DNA from: Thermoplasmatales archaeon SW_10_69_26
Lineage (GTDB): Archaea > Thermoplasmatota > SW-10-69-26
NCBI GenBank assembly: GCA_003009755.1
Contig: PXUB01000001.1
Coordinates: 1 to 64,000 of the forward strand
Direction: 5' to 3'
Length of the DNA: 64,000 nt
The stretch's first letter is position 1. Each line of letters starts with the position of its first letter. The notes beneath the pieces were generated by a model. That model did no database searches and had not been told where the DNA came from. It was given only the letters and a program-made list of their open reading frames with translations. The position numbers and the translations under genes were made by a program. Positions 9,673 through 19,198 of the stretch are shown here, piece by piece.

Positions 9673-10488
9673 TCAGGCGTCGATCGTGCCGCCGACGTCG
9701 ACCGTGGCCACGTCCACGACCGGGATCGGGTCGGCGAGGCGAAAGCTCCAGTCCTCGCCGATCGCCAGCGAGCGGGCGGCCAGCTGGACGCCGGCCTCCC
9801 GAGCCTCGCGCAGGGCGCGGGCGAAGGCGGGATCGGTGACGGCGTTGGGGGCGATGCGGTCGACGTCGGCGCGGTAGGCGGCGAACAAGAGCGTGACGGG
9901 CTCGCCTTGCCGGGCGCGGTCGGTGAGCGCCTTCACGTGGCGGCGGCCGCGCTCGGTCGGGGCGTCGGGGAACAGGCCGGTCGTGCCGTCCTCGCCGACC
10001 AGCGTGACGGACTTGACCTCGATCATGCGTTCGCGGCCGGGGTCGTCCCCGGCGACCGCGAAGTCGAAGCGGCCGTGCTCGACCTGGGGTTCGCGCCGGT
10101 AGGCGGGCTCGCCGTCGGCGATCTCCGGCAGCTGCCCGCGGTCGAGGGCCTCGGCCACCAGGCGGTTGGCCATGCTGGTGTCCAGCAGCACCCACTCGCC
10201 GTCGGCGAAGGTTGGCTCGGGTGGGGCTTCGCCGAGCTCGCGGTCGCTGGCGACGTGGAAGCGGGGGTCCTGGGCGGCGACGACGCTGTGCGTGGTGGCG
10301 GCGTCGGGCTCGGGGTCGGGGCGCTCGCGCACGAGGTAGGGGTTGCCCTCGTGCAGCATCTCGGTCAACCGGCCGGGGTTGGGGCAGTGGGCGCGCACCT
10401 CGTCGCCCCCGGGCGTCTCGACGACCGTGACGAAGCGGTTGGGGCGGTCGACGAAGCGGGCGCGGAACACGTCGCCTTCGGGGATCAC
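9673..10488 (-). CDS. sfsA: SfsA family DNA/RNA nuclease
   Basis: FVDRPNRF, HCPNPGRL, RFDF, IEVKSVTL, FPDAPTERGRRH; GTGA overlap with upstream gene. Confidence 0.9.
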   Translation of the reverse strand: MIPEGDVFRARFVDRPNRFVTVVETPGGDEVRAHCPNPGRLTEMLHEGNPYLVRERPDPEPDAATTHSVVAAQDPRFHVASDRELGEAPPEPTFADGEWVLLDTSMANRLVAEALDRGQLPEIADGEPAYRREPQVEHGRFDFAVAGDDPGRERMIEVKSVTLVGEDGTTGLFPDAPTERGRRHVKALTDRARQGEPVTLLFAAYRADVDRIAPNAVTDPAFARALREAREAGVQLAARSLAIGEDWSFRLADPIPVVDVATVDVGGTIDA

Positions 10489-11537
10489 AGGCACGGGGCG
10501 TCCTCCCACAGCGTCGAGGGGACGGGCGTCCGGTAGAAGGGTTCGCCCTCGGCCGGGTCGTTGCCGGTGACCCAGGCGTCCTCGACCCGCTCCTCGGTCA
10601 GCACGATCTGGACCTGGGGGCCGCCGGTGGCGGTCGCGTTGCGGACGAGGTCCCGGGCTTGGGCGACCCAGGCGTCCTCGGCCCGGCGCAGCGTCCACAC
10701 GGGCTCGTCGACGGGAGCAAAGGGCCCCATGTGGTCGAGCGCGCACTCGGCCCGCGGGACGGTGTCGGCCGGGGCCTGGGTCGCGTTGGCGGCGTAGGGG
10801 ACCCGGCGGGTGTCGCCCTCGTCGGCGGGGACCCAGCGCGTGGTCACGTTCCAGGCCTCCCGCTCGGCGTCGATCGGGGCATCGAGGGTGGCGGTGCGCG
10901 GCGCGTTGGCGGGCAGGGCGGCGCCGTCGGTCGTCGTCGCGGCCCAGCCGACCATCGCGCCGCTGAACACGAGGGCCCCCACGCTGGCGTAGGCCAGCGG
11001 GCGGCTCCATCGGCGCCCCCAGCGGTCGAGGCGGCGGCGCTTGGCCGCGCTTGGCCAGGAGAGCCGATCGGCGAGGACCGGCCCCAGCAGGGCTGCGATC
11101 GTGCCCAGCGAGGCCAGCGTCATCAGCGGATCGAGCCCGGTCACCAGCGGAGCCCTGAAGCTGGCCTCCGAGACCGGCCAGAACGGCATCGTGGACCAGT
11201 CGGTCAAGGTATCGAGGACGACGTGGGTCGACCAGGCGGTCGTGGCGGCCAAGGCGTGCTGGTCGTCCCGGGTGAGGCCCCAGATCGCCAGGCCGGCGAG
11301 CACGGCGGCGAAGACGGTGTGCGAGAAGCCGCGATGGCCCAGCAGGTGGCCGCCGAACCGGAGGGCATCGGCGCCGAGCGAGAGGTGGGGGGCTGACAAC
11401 GTCCAGGCCAGCGCGGGCCCTACATCGAGGTCGGGGGCCACGCCCCACAGGCTGACCAACGCGAGCCGGCGCCGCGGCATCTCGAAGGCGTGGAGGCCGG
11501 CGGCGGCGACCGCGTAGTGGGCCAGCGAACTGGGCAC
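10485..11537 (-). CDS. Membrane-bound metal-dependent hydrolase (YdjM-like)
   Basis: H…PDLD…HRGFSHT…HVVLD motifs with TM helices. Confidence 0.8.
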   Translation of the reverse strand: MPSSLAHYAVAAAGLHAFEMPRRRLALVSLWGVAPDLDVGPALAWTLSAPHLSLGADALRFGGHLLGHRGFSHTVFAAVLAGLAIWGLTRDDQHALAATTAWSTHVVLDTLTDWSTMPFWPVSEASFRAPLVTGLDPLMTLASLGTIAALLGPVLADRLSWPSAAKRRRLDRWGRRWSRPLAYASVGALVFSGAMVGWAATTTDGAALPANAPRTATLDAPIDAEREAWNVTTRWVPADEGDTRRVPYAANATQAPADTVPRAECALDHMGPFAPVDEPVWTLRRAEDAWVAQARDLVRNATATGGPQVQIVLTEERVEDAWVTGNDPAEGEPFYRTPVPSTLWEDAPCL

Positions 11538-11653
11538 GCTTCGACCAGGGAGCCTGTCCGATATAGGGCTTGCCTGGGAGCCTGGCGCGCGGTGGCGGCG
11601 CCGAGGGCTTAAGGGGGGGAGACCCTGGGTCGGCGGTGCGTTCGAGCACGGCG

Positions 11654-12529
11654 ATGCCGTACCTCGGGTTCGCGACCTGCGCCGGCATCTGGGGGTCCAC
11701 GTTCCTGGTGATCCGGCTGGGCAACCAGGTCGTGGACCCGCTGTGGGCAGCCACGTTGCGCCTGGTGCTGGCCGGCGTGGCCCTCGTCGGCCTCACGTCC
11801 CTGCTCGGGCGGGCCTGGCCCACCGGCGAGGCGCTGCAGGCTGCCGTCCTGTACGGGCTGGGCGAGTTCGGCGCCGGTTTCGCCCTGCTGTACTGGGGGG
11901 AGACGGTCGTGCCGAGCGGGATCGCCGCCACGCTGTTCGCCACCATCCCGCTGTGGACGGCCGGCATGGCGGCCGCGCTCGGCGTCGAGCGCTTCGACGG
12001 GCAGCGGCTCGTCGGCGCCCTCGTCGCCGTGACCGGCGTCGCGGTCGTGTTCGGCGGCGAGCTGTCGCGCGCGGTACCCTGGCAGGGCTTGCTGGCGGTG
12101 TTGGGCGCGGCGGCGTTCGCTTCGCTGGGCAGCGTGCTGCTGAAGCGCGGGGGCCGCGTGGACGTGATCCCCGTGAACGCGATCGCCACGCTCGTCGGCG
12201 CCACCGTGACCGCCTCGGCGAGCCTGCTCGCCGGCGAGACCCAGACGCTGCCGTCGACGTTCGCGGGCTGGTGGCCGATCGTCTACCTCACGGTCGGCGG
12301 CTCGCTGGTCGCCTTCCTCGTCTACGCGTGGTTGATCGACATCTGGCCGATCACGAACACGAACATGGTGAGCGTGACCGTGCCCGTGACGGGCCTCGTG
12401 CTCGGGACCGTCTTCGGCGGCGAGAACCCCTCGCCGTTGGCTGTTCTCGGCGCGGGCCTGGTGATGGTGGGCCTGGTCGTCGTGCTCCGCCGGGGTCCGG
12501 GCGAGCGGGAGCCGACCGAGCTGGACTGA
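11654..12529 (+). CDS. EamA/DMT family transporter
   Basis: IWGSTF start motif, about 10 TM helices in two repeats, FGGE motifs. Confidence 0.88.
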   Translation: MPYLGFATCAGIWGSTFLVIRLGNQVVDPLWAATLRLVLAGVALVGLTSLLGRAWPTGEALQAAVLYGLGEFGAGFALLYWGETVVPSGIAATLFATIPLWTAGMAAALGVERFDGQRLVGALVAVTGVAVVFGGELSRAVPWQGLLAVLGAAAFASLGSVLLKRGGRVDVIPVNAIATLVGATVTASASLLAGETQTLPSTFAGWWPIVYLTVGGSLVAFLVYAWLIDIWPITNTNMVSVTVPVTGLVLGTVFGGENPSPLAVLGAGLVMVGLVVVLRRGPGEREPTELD

Positions 12530-12542
12530 TCGGGCCGAAGGC

Positions 12543-13037
12543 CTAGTCCGAGCCCGCCTCGGCCTCGATCTCGACCGGGACGCGGTGCTCCTCCTTGATC
12601 GTGTTGAGCACCAGGTGCGTGGTCGTGTGCTCGACGTCCGGGTGGGCGAGCACGTTCTTCACGAAGTCGTTGAGGGTCATCCGGGACGAGAAGCGGGCGA
12701 GCACGACGCTGTCGAACTCGCCGGTCACGTCGTAGACGCCGAACACGTTGGCGCGCTCGGCGAGGTCGTCTTGGACCTCGATCAGCTTGCCGCGGCTGAT
12801 CTTGACCGAGATGACGGCGGTCATCTCGTACCCGAGCGCCAGCGGGTCCACCAGCGGCATGTAGCCTTGGATGACGCCAGCTTCCTCGAGCTGGTTGACC
12901 CGGGAGCTGACCGTGGAGAGGGCGATGTCGAGCTCGCTGGCGATGTCGCGGTAGGACTTGCGCGCGTCCTCGTTGAGGCTGGCGAGGATCTGGCGGTCCG
13001 TCTCGTCGAGCTCGTGGTCGATCTCCGCCTCGGTCAT
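12543..13037 (-). CDS. Lrp/AsnC family transcriptional regulator
   Basis: LDETDRQILASLNEDARKSYRDIA HTH; YDVTGEFD RAM domain. Confidence 0.92.
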   Translation of the reverse strand: MTEAEIDHELDETDRQILASLNEDARKSYRDIASELDIALSTVSSRVNQLEEAGVIQGYMPLVDPLALGYEMTAVISVKISRGKLIEVQDDLAERANVFGVYDVTGEFDSVVLARFSSRMTLNDFVKNVLAHPDVEHTTTHLVLNTIKEEHRVPVEIEAEAGSD

Positions 13038-13075
13038 CGATGGACCGAAGGTACGTTCGGGGTTGAACGTTTCGG

Positions 13076-13104
13076 GCGAACGTTCGTTCGGTCTCTCGAG
13101 CGGA
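13076..13104. promoter_or_regulatory. Candidate operator, copy 1 (CGAACGTTCG palindrome)
   Basis: GCGAACGTTCGTTCG-N6-CGAGCGGA, repeated at 13402-13430. Confidence 0.6.
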
Positions 13105-13184
13105 GGGAGCAACGGGCGGTGACGCCAGCCTCGCCCATGGCCGTCGTGAACCCTTATGGGAGCAGGCCCGTTCGTCGAGCGTCG

Positions 13185-13382
13185 ATGGAGCTGGGGCTCG
13201 CGGAACGGTGGTGGATGGGCGTGTTGGTGGCGCTCACGGGCGCAGGGTTGCTCACCCTGAACGTGCAGTCGCTGGGATCGGCGGGGGACTGGACCATCTC
13301 GGTCGTCTCGACGGCGTCGGCCGCCTGCTTGGCTGCGCTCGGGCTCGCGCTCGTCTTCGAACGCCAGGAGGAGAACATTTGA
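13185..13382 (+). CDS. Small two-TM membrane protein
   Basis: MELGLAERWW… with two hydrophobic helices, upstream of glnA. Confidence 0.55.
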   Translation: MELGLAERWWMGVLVALTGAGLLTLNVQSLGSAGDWTISVVSTASAACLAALGLALVFERQEENI

Positions 13383-13401
13383 CCCGCGGAAACCTCAAGA
13401 A

Positions 13402-13443
13402 GCGAACGTTCGTTCGACTTCCCGAGCGGAAGTCTTAAACATA
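13402..13443 (+). promoter_or_regulatory. Candidate operator, copy 2, abutting the glnA TATA box
   Basis: GCGAACGTTCGTTCG-N6-CGAGCGGA followed by TTAAACATA. Confidence 0.65.
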
Positions 13444-13495
13444 TGGCGTCCCTCGGGTCGTTGAGGCGGAAGACGTCCGTCTCGGTGACCAGACC

Positions 13496-14857
13496 ATGTC
13501 CCCCATCGAGACCCCCAAACAACCCACGACGGAAGACGAGGTCTTCGAGCTCGTCGACGAGCACGACGTCGAGTACATCCGGATCCAGTTCACGGACATC
13601 CTCGGCCACGTGAAGAACGTCGCCATCCCGGCCCGTCAGCTGGACAAGGCCTTCGACGACGGGATCTGGTTCGACGGATCCAGCATCGAGGGCTTCGTCC
13701 GGATCAACGAGTCCGACATGCGGATCGAGCCCGACCCCTCGACCTTCGCCATCCTTCCCTGGACCGAAGGGGAAGAGGGCGGTCCGGCCGCGCGCCTCAT
13801 CGGTGACGTCTACCACGAACACGGCGAGCCCTTCGCCGGCGACCCGCGATCGATCCTGCGCAGCACGCTCGAGCGCGCCGACGACATGGGCTACAGCGTG
13901 AACGTCGGCCCCGAGCCCGAGTTCTTCCTCTTCGAGACCGACGAGAACGGCAGCCCCACGACCAAGCCCTCCGACGCCGGCGGCTACTTCGACTTCGACC
14001 CCAAGGAGGTCGGCAGCCCCGTCCGCCGCGACATGAACGAGGCCCTCGAGAGGATGGGCTTCGAGATCGAGGCCAGCCACCACGAGGTGGCCGAAGGCCA
14101 GCACGAGATCGACTTCAAGTACGCCGATGCGCTCACGACCGCCGACCGGGTCTCGACCTTCCGCACCGTCGTCAAGGTCATCGCGCAGAACCACGGCTAC
14201 CACGCGACCTTCATGCCGAAGCCGATCTCCGGCATCAACGGCTCCGGCATGCACTGCCACCTCTCCCTGTTCGACAACGACGGTGGCACCGAGATGTACA
14301 ACGAGGACGACGAGTTCGGCCTCTCGAAGACCGCCTACACGTTCATGGGCGGCGTCCTCGACCACGCCGAGGCCTTCACCGCGATCACGAACCCGATCGT
14401 GAACTCCTACAAGCGGCTCGTCCCCGGCTACGAGGCACCCGTCTACGTGGCCTGGAGCACCCGGAACCGCTCCTCGCTGGTCCGCATCCCGCGCGCCGAG
14501 GGCGCCGGCAAGCGCATCGAGCTGCGCAGCCCGGACCCCTCCTGCAACCCCTACCTCGCCTTCGCCGCGATGATCAACGCCGGCCTCGACGGCGTCGAGA
14601 AGGGCACGATGCCCGACGACGCGATCCGCGAGAACATCTACGAGTTCGACGAGGCCAAGCGCCGCGAGCAAGGCATCGAGTCGCTGCCGGGTTCGCTCGG
14701 CGAGGCGCTCGAGGCGCTCGAGCAGGACGAGGTCATGACGGAGACCCTCGGCGAGCACACGCTCGAGAAGTTCGTCGAAGCCAAGAAGGCCGAGTACAAG
14801 GAGTACAGCGCCCAGGTCTCCCCGTGGGAGATCGACCGCTACCTGCAGGAGTTCTGA
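13496..14857 (+). CDS. glnA: Glutamine synthetase type I
   Basis: [52 protein letters not shown]. Confidence 0.98.
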   Translation: MSPIETPKQPTTEDEVFELVDEHDVEYIRIQFTDILGHVKNVAIPARQLDKAFDDGIWFDGSSIEGFVRINESDMRIEPDPSTFAILPWTEGEEGGPAARLIGDVYHEHGEPFAGDPRSILRSTLERADDMGYSVNVGPEPEFFLFETDENGSPTTKPSDAGGYFDFDPKEVGSPVRRDMNEALERMGFEIEASHHEVAEGQHEIDFKYADALTTADRVSTFRTVVKVIAQNHGYHATFMPKPISGINGSGMHCHLSLFDNDGGTEMYNEDDEFGLSKTAYTFMGGVLDHAEAFTAITNPIVNSYKRLVPGYEAPVYVAWSTRNRSSLVRIPRAEGAGKRIELRSPDPSCNPYLAFAAMINAGLDGVEKGTMPDDAIRENIYEFDEAKRREQGIESLPGSLGEALEALEQDEVMTETLGEHTLEKFVEAKKAEYKEYSAQVSPWEIDRYLQEF

Positions 14858-14873
14858 GCGCGCGTGCCCTCCA

Positions 14874-14947
14874 CCCGCCGAGAGGGGCCGACCCGTTGGC
14901 CTCTCTTGGCGGGGTCCCCCCTGCCGACCCTTTTCTCCGATCTCTTC
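14874..14947 (+). terminator. Long hairpin plus pyrimidine tract after glnA
   Basis: CCCGCCGAGAGG…CCTCTCTTGGCGGG stem followed by CTTTTCTCC…TCTCTTC. Confidence 0.5.
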
Positions 14948-15332
14948 GCCCTGCCAGCGCAGCTCACAGCCGCCAACAGCAGGGTTGGCGACCGCGGCAC
15001 CGATCCGGTGGCGGCCGCGAGGCGAGCGATGGCGGGGGCTGGCTGTCGGGGTTTGGCGAGAAGATCTACCGCGGGTTGCCCCGCAGCAATCGTCCTTTAC
15101 GAGACAGCGGCCGACATCCCCTACAAATCCGTTGGGGGTGACGGGGGAGCAGCCGGCACCGCAGGCCGTCGCGTCGGCCCGGAGCCCTTCGACCGCATAC
15201 CTTTCATATGCGTTTCGGTTTCGCCGCGGGTGCGGAGGGGCGAGCCGGCCGGACGTGCGAGCTGGACCGGGAGCGGTTTTGGCCCGAGGGTCCGGTTGAT
15301 ACCTTCTCGCATCCGAGCATGGGGCACACGAG

Positions 15333-15563
15333 GTGGATGCCCTGAGCGACGATGGAACCGAGGTCCCGGATCGCAAAGAGATCAAGGTGAAGATCTTCGA
15401 GGAGCAGCACGTGCGACTGCACACCGTGAAGATCCTGCAAGGCCAGACGATCAGCGCGACGATGGAGGAGGCGCTGGGCCGGTACTTCGAGGAGATCGGT
15501 GACGACGTCGGCGTCGACGGCCTCGAAGAGATGTGGGAGCAAGGCCCGGAGTCGCTCACCTGA
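15333..15563 (+). CDS. Small ribbon-helix-helix-like DNA-binding protein
   Basis: KEIKVKI beta strand, then two helices (EEQHVRLHTVKIL; ISATMEEALGRYF). Confidence 0.55.
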   Translation: MDALSDDGTEVPDRKEIKVKIFEEQHVRLHTVKILQGQTISATMEEALGRYFEEIGDDVGVDGLEEMWEQGPESLT

Positions 15564-16719
15564 CCTCGGTCCCATCCCCGTCGGTCCTCCCGGCGGGGAG
15601 CTGTACCCAGAACGTGGCCCCCTGTCCCTCGGTGGACTCGACGCCGATCTCGCCGCCGTGGCGGTCGGCGATCCGTTGGCACACCGCGAGCCCGATGCCG
15701 GTCCCGTCCCCGCTGGCCCTGGATCCGCGGTTGAAGATCCCGAACAGGTCCCCCTGCTCTTCTTCGGGGATGCCAGGCCCGTCGTCGGCGACCCTGAGCC
15801 GGACGGTCCCCTCGACGGGCTCGGCCCCGACCTCGATCGTCGGCGCGGGGCCGCCGTGGTCGAGCGCGTTAGCGATCAGGTTCTGAACGAGGTGGTGAAG
15901 CTGGCTCTCGTCGGCTTCCACGGTCGCTAGATCCCCCGCGTGGACCTCGGCACCGGCCTCCTCGATGCGGACGTGGAGGTTCTCCAGCACGTCGTCGACC
16001 ACCCCCGATAGCGCGACGGGCTCCGGGTCGACGCCCTGGGACTCCACGCGGGAGTAGGCGAGCAGGGCGTCGATCATGTCCCGCATGCGAGCGGCACCGT
16101 CGACGGCGTAGTCGATGTACTCGTGGGCGTCCCCGTCGAGCTCGTCCCCGTAGTCGCTGGCCAGCAGCTGCAGGTAGCTCGTGATCATGCGCAGCGGCTC
16201 CTGGAGGTCGTGGGAGACGACGTAGGCGAACTCCTGGAGCAGCTCGTTCGACCGTTCCAGCGCGGCGGCCTTCTCCTCGATGGCGCGCTCGGCTTGCCTG
16301 CGGGCCTTCAGCTCGCGCCGCATCTCGCGCTGGGCCTCGTTGAGCTCGTCGTTGAGGGACATCACGCGCTCGCGGAGCTTCTCCTCGGCGGCGAGGTCGC
16401 GCTCGGCGAACACGACGACCCGGTCCGCGCGGGCGCGGACTCGACCCTCGAAGGTGACCATCTCGTCGCCGGCGGGGTCGCCGAGGTTGACGAACCCCTC
16501 GTGGACGAGGGTCCACTCCTCTCGATCGGTGGTCAGCTCCTCGAAGGGTGGCTGACGGAACAGCTGGGCCGCGTCCTCGGTCTCGTCCTCGTCGGCGACG
16601 TTGCGGAAGCCGGCGTTGGCGGCGACGACCTCGCCCGTCGGCCGGAGGATGGTCGCTGCGACGGTCTCGAGCCCGGTCAGCGTCGACGGGATCGCATCGG
16701 TGAACGGGGGCTCGGTCAC
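15556..16719 (-). CDS. Sensor histidine kinase (PAS-like + HisKA + HATPase)
   Basis: SHDLQEPLRMI H-box, QNLIANA N-box, DDGPGI, GTGIGLA. Confidence 0.93.
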   Translation of the reverse strand: MTEPPFTDAIPSTLTGLETVAATILRPTGEVVAANAGFRNVADEDETEDAAQLFRQPPFEELTTDREEWTLVHEGFVNLGDPAGDEMVTFEGRVRARADRVVVFAERDLAAEEKLRERVMSLNDELNEAQREMRRELKARRQAERAIEEKAAALERSNELLQEFAYVVSHDLQEPLRMITSYLQLLASDYGDELDGDAHEYIDYAVDGAARMRDMIDALLAYSRVESQGVDPEPVALSGVVDDVLENLHVRIEEAGAEVHAGDLATVEADESQLHHLVQNLIANALDHGGPAPTIEVGAEPVEGTVRLRVADDGPGIPEEEQGDLFGIFNRGSRASGDGTGIGLAVCQRIADRHGGEIGVESTEGQGATFWVQLPAGRTDGDGTEVR

Positions 16720-16886
16720 GCTTCCCCCGCCTCGAGCTCGTGCTGGATGCCGCCGGCCCCGGCGTCGGCGTCGGTCTGCTGGACCACGGTGTCGGGTTCC
16801 CCGTCGAGGAGCGCGTCCACGAGCGCCTGCACTGGAGGGCTTGGACCCTCGCCGGGCTCGAAGGGGTGCGCGTCGTCACCGGGCAT
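16716..16886 (-). CDS. Short ORF coupled to the kinase, possible remnant of a cobalamin-binding sensor
   Basis: 56 aa, LVDALLDGEPD; GTGA overlap with kinase start; TATA-like TTCAAATA upstream. Confidence 0.35.
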   Translation of the reverse strand: MPGDDAHPFEPGEGPSPPVQALVDALLDGEPDTVVQQTDADAGAGGIQHELEAGEA

Positions 16887-17009
16887 GGTATCCCTCGAAA
16901 TGGGCGGCCACGAGTATTTGAACTTGTGCATGCAGGCTCTCGGCCGCTCGGCGGCTCGGCGTCTCGAGGGCCGAAAGACCCACCACGGGCCAGGCCCTGA
17001 GCCGGCGTG

Positions 17010-17819
17010 ATGACGGTCCCGATCGTCCAGGTCGACGCGTTCGCGAACCTTCCGTTCACGGGCAACCCTGCGGCCGTCACGCTCCTCGAGGAGGAGCCCT
17101 CGGCCTCCTGGATGCAGCGGCTGGCCGCCGAGATGAACCTCTCGGAGACGGCCTTCCTGTGGCCGGAGGACGAGGGCTACGGCTTGCGCTGGTTCACGCC
17201 GGAGACCGAGGTCGACCTCTGCGGCCACGCCACGCTGGCGGCCGCCCACGTCCTGTTCGAATCCGGGCGGGTTGACGAGGAGGAGACGATCACGTTCGCC
17301 ACCGACAGCGGCCCGGTCGAGTGCGAGCAGGACGAGCCGTGGATCCGCATGGCCTTCCCCTCGCATCCGCCCTACAGCCGCGAGGAGGACGCCGGCCGGG
17401 TGGCCCAGGCGCTCGACCAGAAGCCGACGTGGGTGGGCGAGAACCGCCTGGATCGGTTCGCGGTGCTGGACGAGGAGACCGCGGTCCGCCAGCTGGAGGT
17501 CGACCTCGACGCCGTCCGCCAGCTCGGCGGGCGGGGGTTGATCGTCACGGCGCCGGCCGACGACGAAAGCGAGGTCGACTTCGTATCCCGGTTCTTCGCG
17601 CCCTCGGCGGGGGTCGACGAGGACCCGGTGACGGGGTCGGCGCACTGCGCGCTGGGCCCCTACTGGGCCAACCGGTTGGACCAGAGCGAGGTCGTCGGCC
17701 GCCAGGTGTCCAAGCGCGGCGGCATGGTCCGCGTCCGCGTCACGGACGAGGGCGTCGATCTCGAGGGGCAGGCCGTCACGGTGTTCGACGCCGAGCTCCG
17801 CGAGATCGCCGAACCCTGA
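17010..17819 (+). CDS. PhzF family isomerase/epimerase
   Basis: QVDAF…GNPAAV, EMNLSETAF, LCGHATLA, EDPVTGSAHC. Confidence 0.93.
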   Translation: MTVPIVQVDAFANLPFTGNPAAVTLLEEEPSASWMQRLAAEMNLSETAFLWPEDEGYGLRWFTPETEVDLCGHATLAAAHVLFESGRVDEEETITFATDSGPVECEQDEPWIRMAFPSHPPYSREEDAGRVAQALDQKPTWVGENRLDRFAVLDEETAVRQLEVDLDAVRQLGGRGLIVTAPADDESEVDFVSRFFAPSAGVDEDPVTGSAHCALGPYWANRLDQSEVVGRQVSKRGGMVRVRVTDEGVDLEGQAVTVFDAELREIAEP

Positions 17820-19070
17820 TCAGCGCCCACCGACGCCGGCGTTGCCGACGATGACCGAGGTGTCCTTGCAGGCCTCGTCGTCGGCTTCCTGGGTCTGCGG
17901 CCGTTCGTAGGCGAGATAGGCGCAGATCTCGTAGTTGCCGACGTTGCCCTCGGGGTTCCACTCGGTGACGACCTCGCGCTCGGCGTCCGTCCCCATCGCC
18001 GAGATGCTCCAGTCACCGAGGTGCGTGCATCTGTCCTCGGCGGGCGTCAGGACCCCGTCCTCGGAGCAGACGCTGGCCTCCATCACGGCCGGCTGGACCG
18101 TGGGACCGGGCCCATCGTTCGCGACGGTCAGGGTGACCTCGCGCTCGGCCCACGGGTTCGGCGGACCTTCTTGGCCCAGGACCGTGACGTGGCTGCGCTC
18201 GACGGTGATGTCCACCACGGCCGGGTTGGCCTTCTCGAGGACGGTGAAGGTCGAGCTCATCTCGTTGTTCGTCTCGTCGAGCTCGGGTTCCTCCTCGTAG
18301 GGATCCGCAGTGATCGTAGCTGTATGCTCGCCGGCCGCGAAGCCGTCGACGGTCTCGCCGAGGCGGATGGCGAACCCCGTCTCGTCGCCGGTGGGATCCA
18401 GGCGGCCGAAGTCCCGTCGGTCGACCTCCTCCCCGTCGGCTTCGAGAAGGCCTAGACTGGTGGCCGGGTAGCCCTCGCCGACGTTGGCCAGCGTCCACGT
18501 GACCCGGACGCGTTCGCCCTCGACGATCTCGCCGGTCCCGGAGGGGCTCGGCGGGTCGCCGGTGTCGGGCGTGACGGACAGCTCGTCGGGCACGAGATCC
18601 GAGCGGTTGCGTTCGGTCACGAGCAGCTCCTCCGTCTCGGACGACCGCGTCGTCGATCCGTTGTCGGCGGGGACCGTGCCTTCCGCCGTCACGGTGATGT
18701 CGTGTTCCCCGCCGGCGAGCGGCGGGTGCTGGACCGATACGTCTGCCTGCGCGAAGGGCTCGACCGTGCCCACGGCGTCCTCCGCCTCGACGGTGCCGTC
18801 GACCGCGATCCGGGCTGTGACGTTCTCGATCGAGGTGGACCGCTGGTTGGTGAGGGTGCCCTGGATCAGGACCTCCTCGTCGACGAACGGCCCCTCGGGG
18901 TTCGTCAGCACGTCGACGCGCAGATCGCTGAACGTCTCATCCTCGTGATCCTCGCTATCCACCGTCTCCGCCGTCGACACGGGCGCGATGCCGGCCGTCG
19001 CGAGCAACGCGACGCCGAGCAACAGCGCGACCGGTACGGGGCCTCCCTCGAACCGATTCGCAGCTCCCAT
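17820..19070 (-). CDS. Secreted CARDB (Ig-like) domain protein
   Basis: Signal peptide; DLVPDEL…TLANVG…ADPYEEEPELDETNNE CARDB signature, about 3 domains. Confidence 0.8.
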   Translation of the reverse strand: MGAANRFEGGPVPVALLLGVALLATAGIAPVSTAETVDSEDHEDETFSDLRVDVLTNPEGPFVDEEVLIQGTLTNQRSTSIENVTARIAVDGTVEAEDAVGTVEPFAQADVSVQHPPLAGGEHDITVTAEGTVPADNGSTTRSSETEELLVTERNRSDLVPDELSVTPDTGDPPSPSGTGEIVEGERVRVTWTLANVGEGYPATSLGLLEADGEEVDRRDFGRLDPTGDETGFAIRLGETVDGFAAGEHTATITADPYEEEPELDETNNEMSSTFTVLEKANPAVVDITVERSHVTVLGQEGPPNPWAEREVTLTVANDGPGPTVQPAVMEASVCSEDGVLTPAEDRCTHLGDWSISAMGTDAEREVVTEWNPEGNVGNYEICAYLAYERPQTQEADDEACKDTSVIVGNAGVGGR

Positions 19071-19198
19071 GATGGACAGAGATGGCCCACCGTGCAAAAG
19101 TATTCCCAACGGTCAGTCGAAACCTTGCCTCGAGCACGCCCGCGGGACCGCGATGGACCGGCCCAACGCTCAAGAGGAGCTGCACCCTACCTTGGGCC

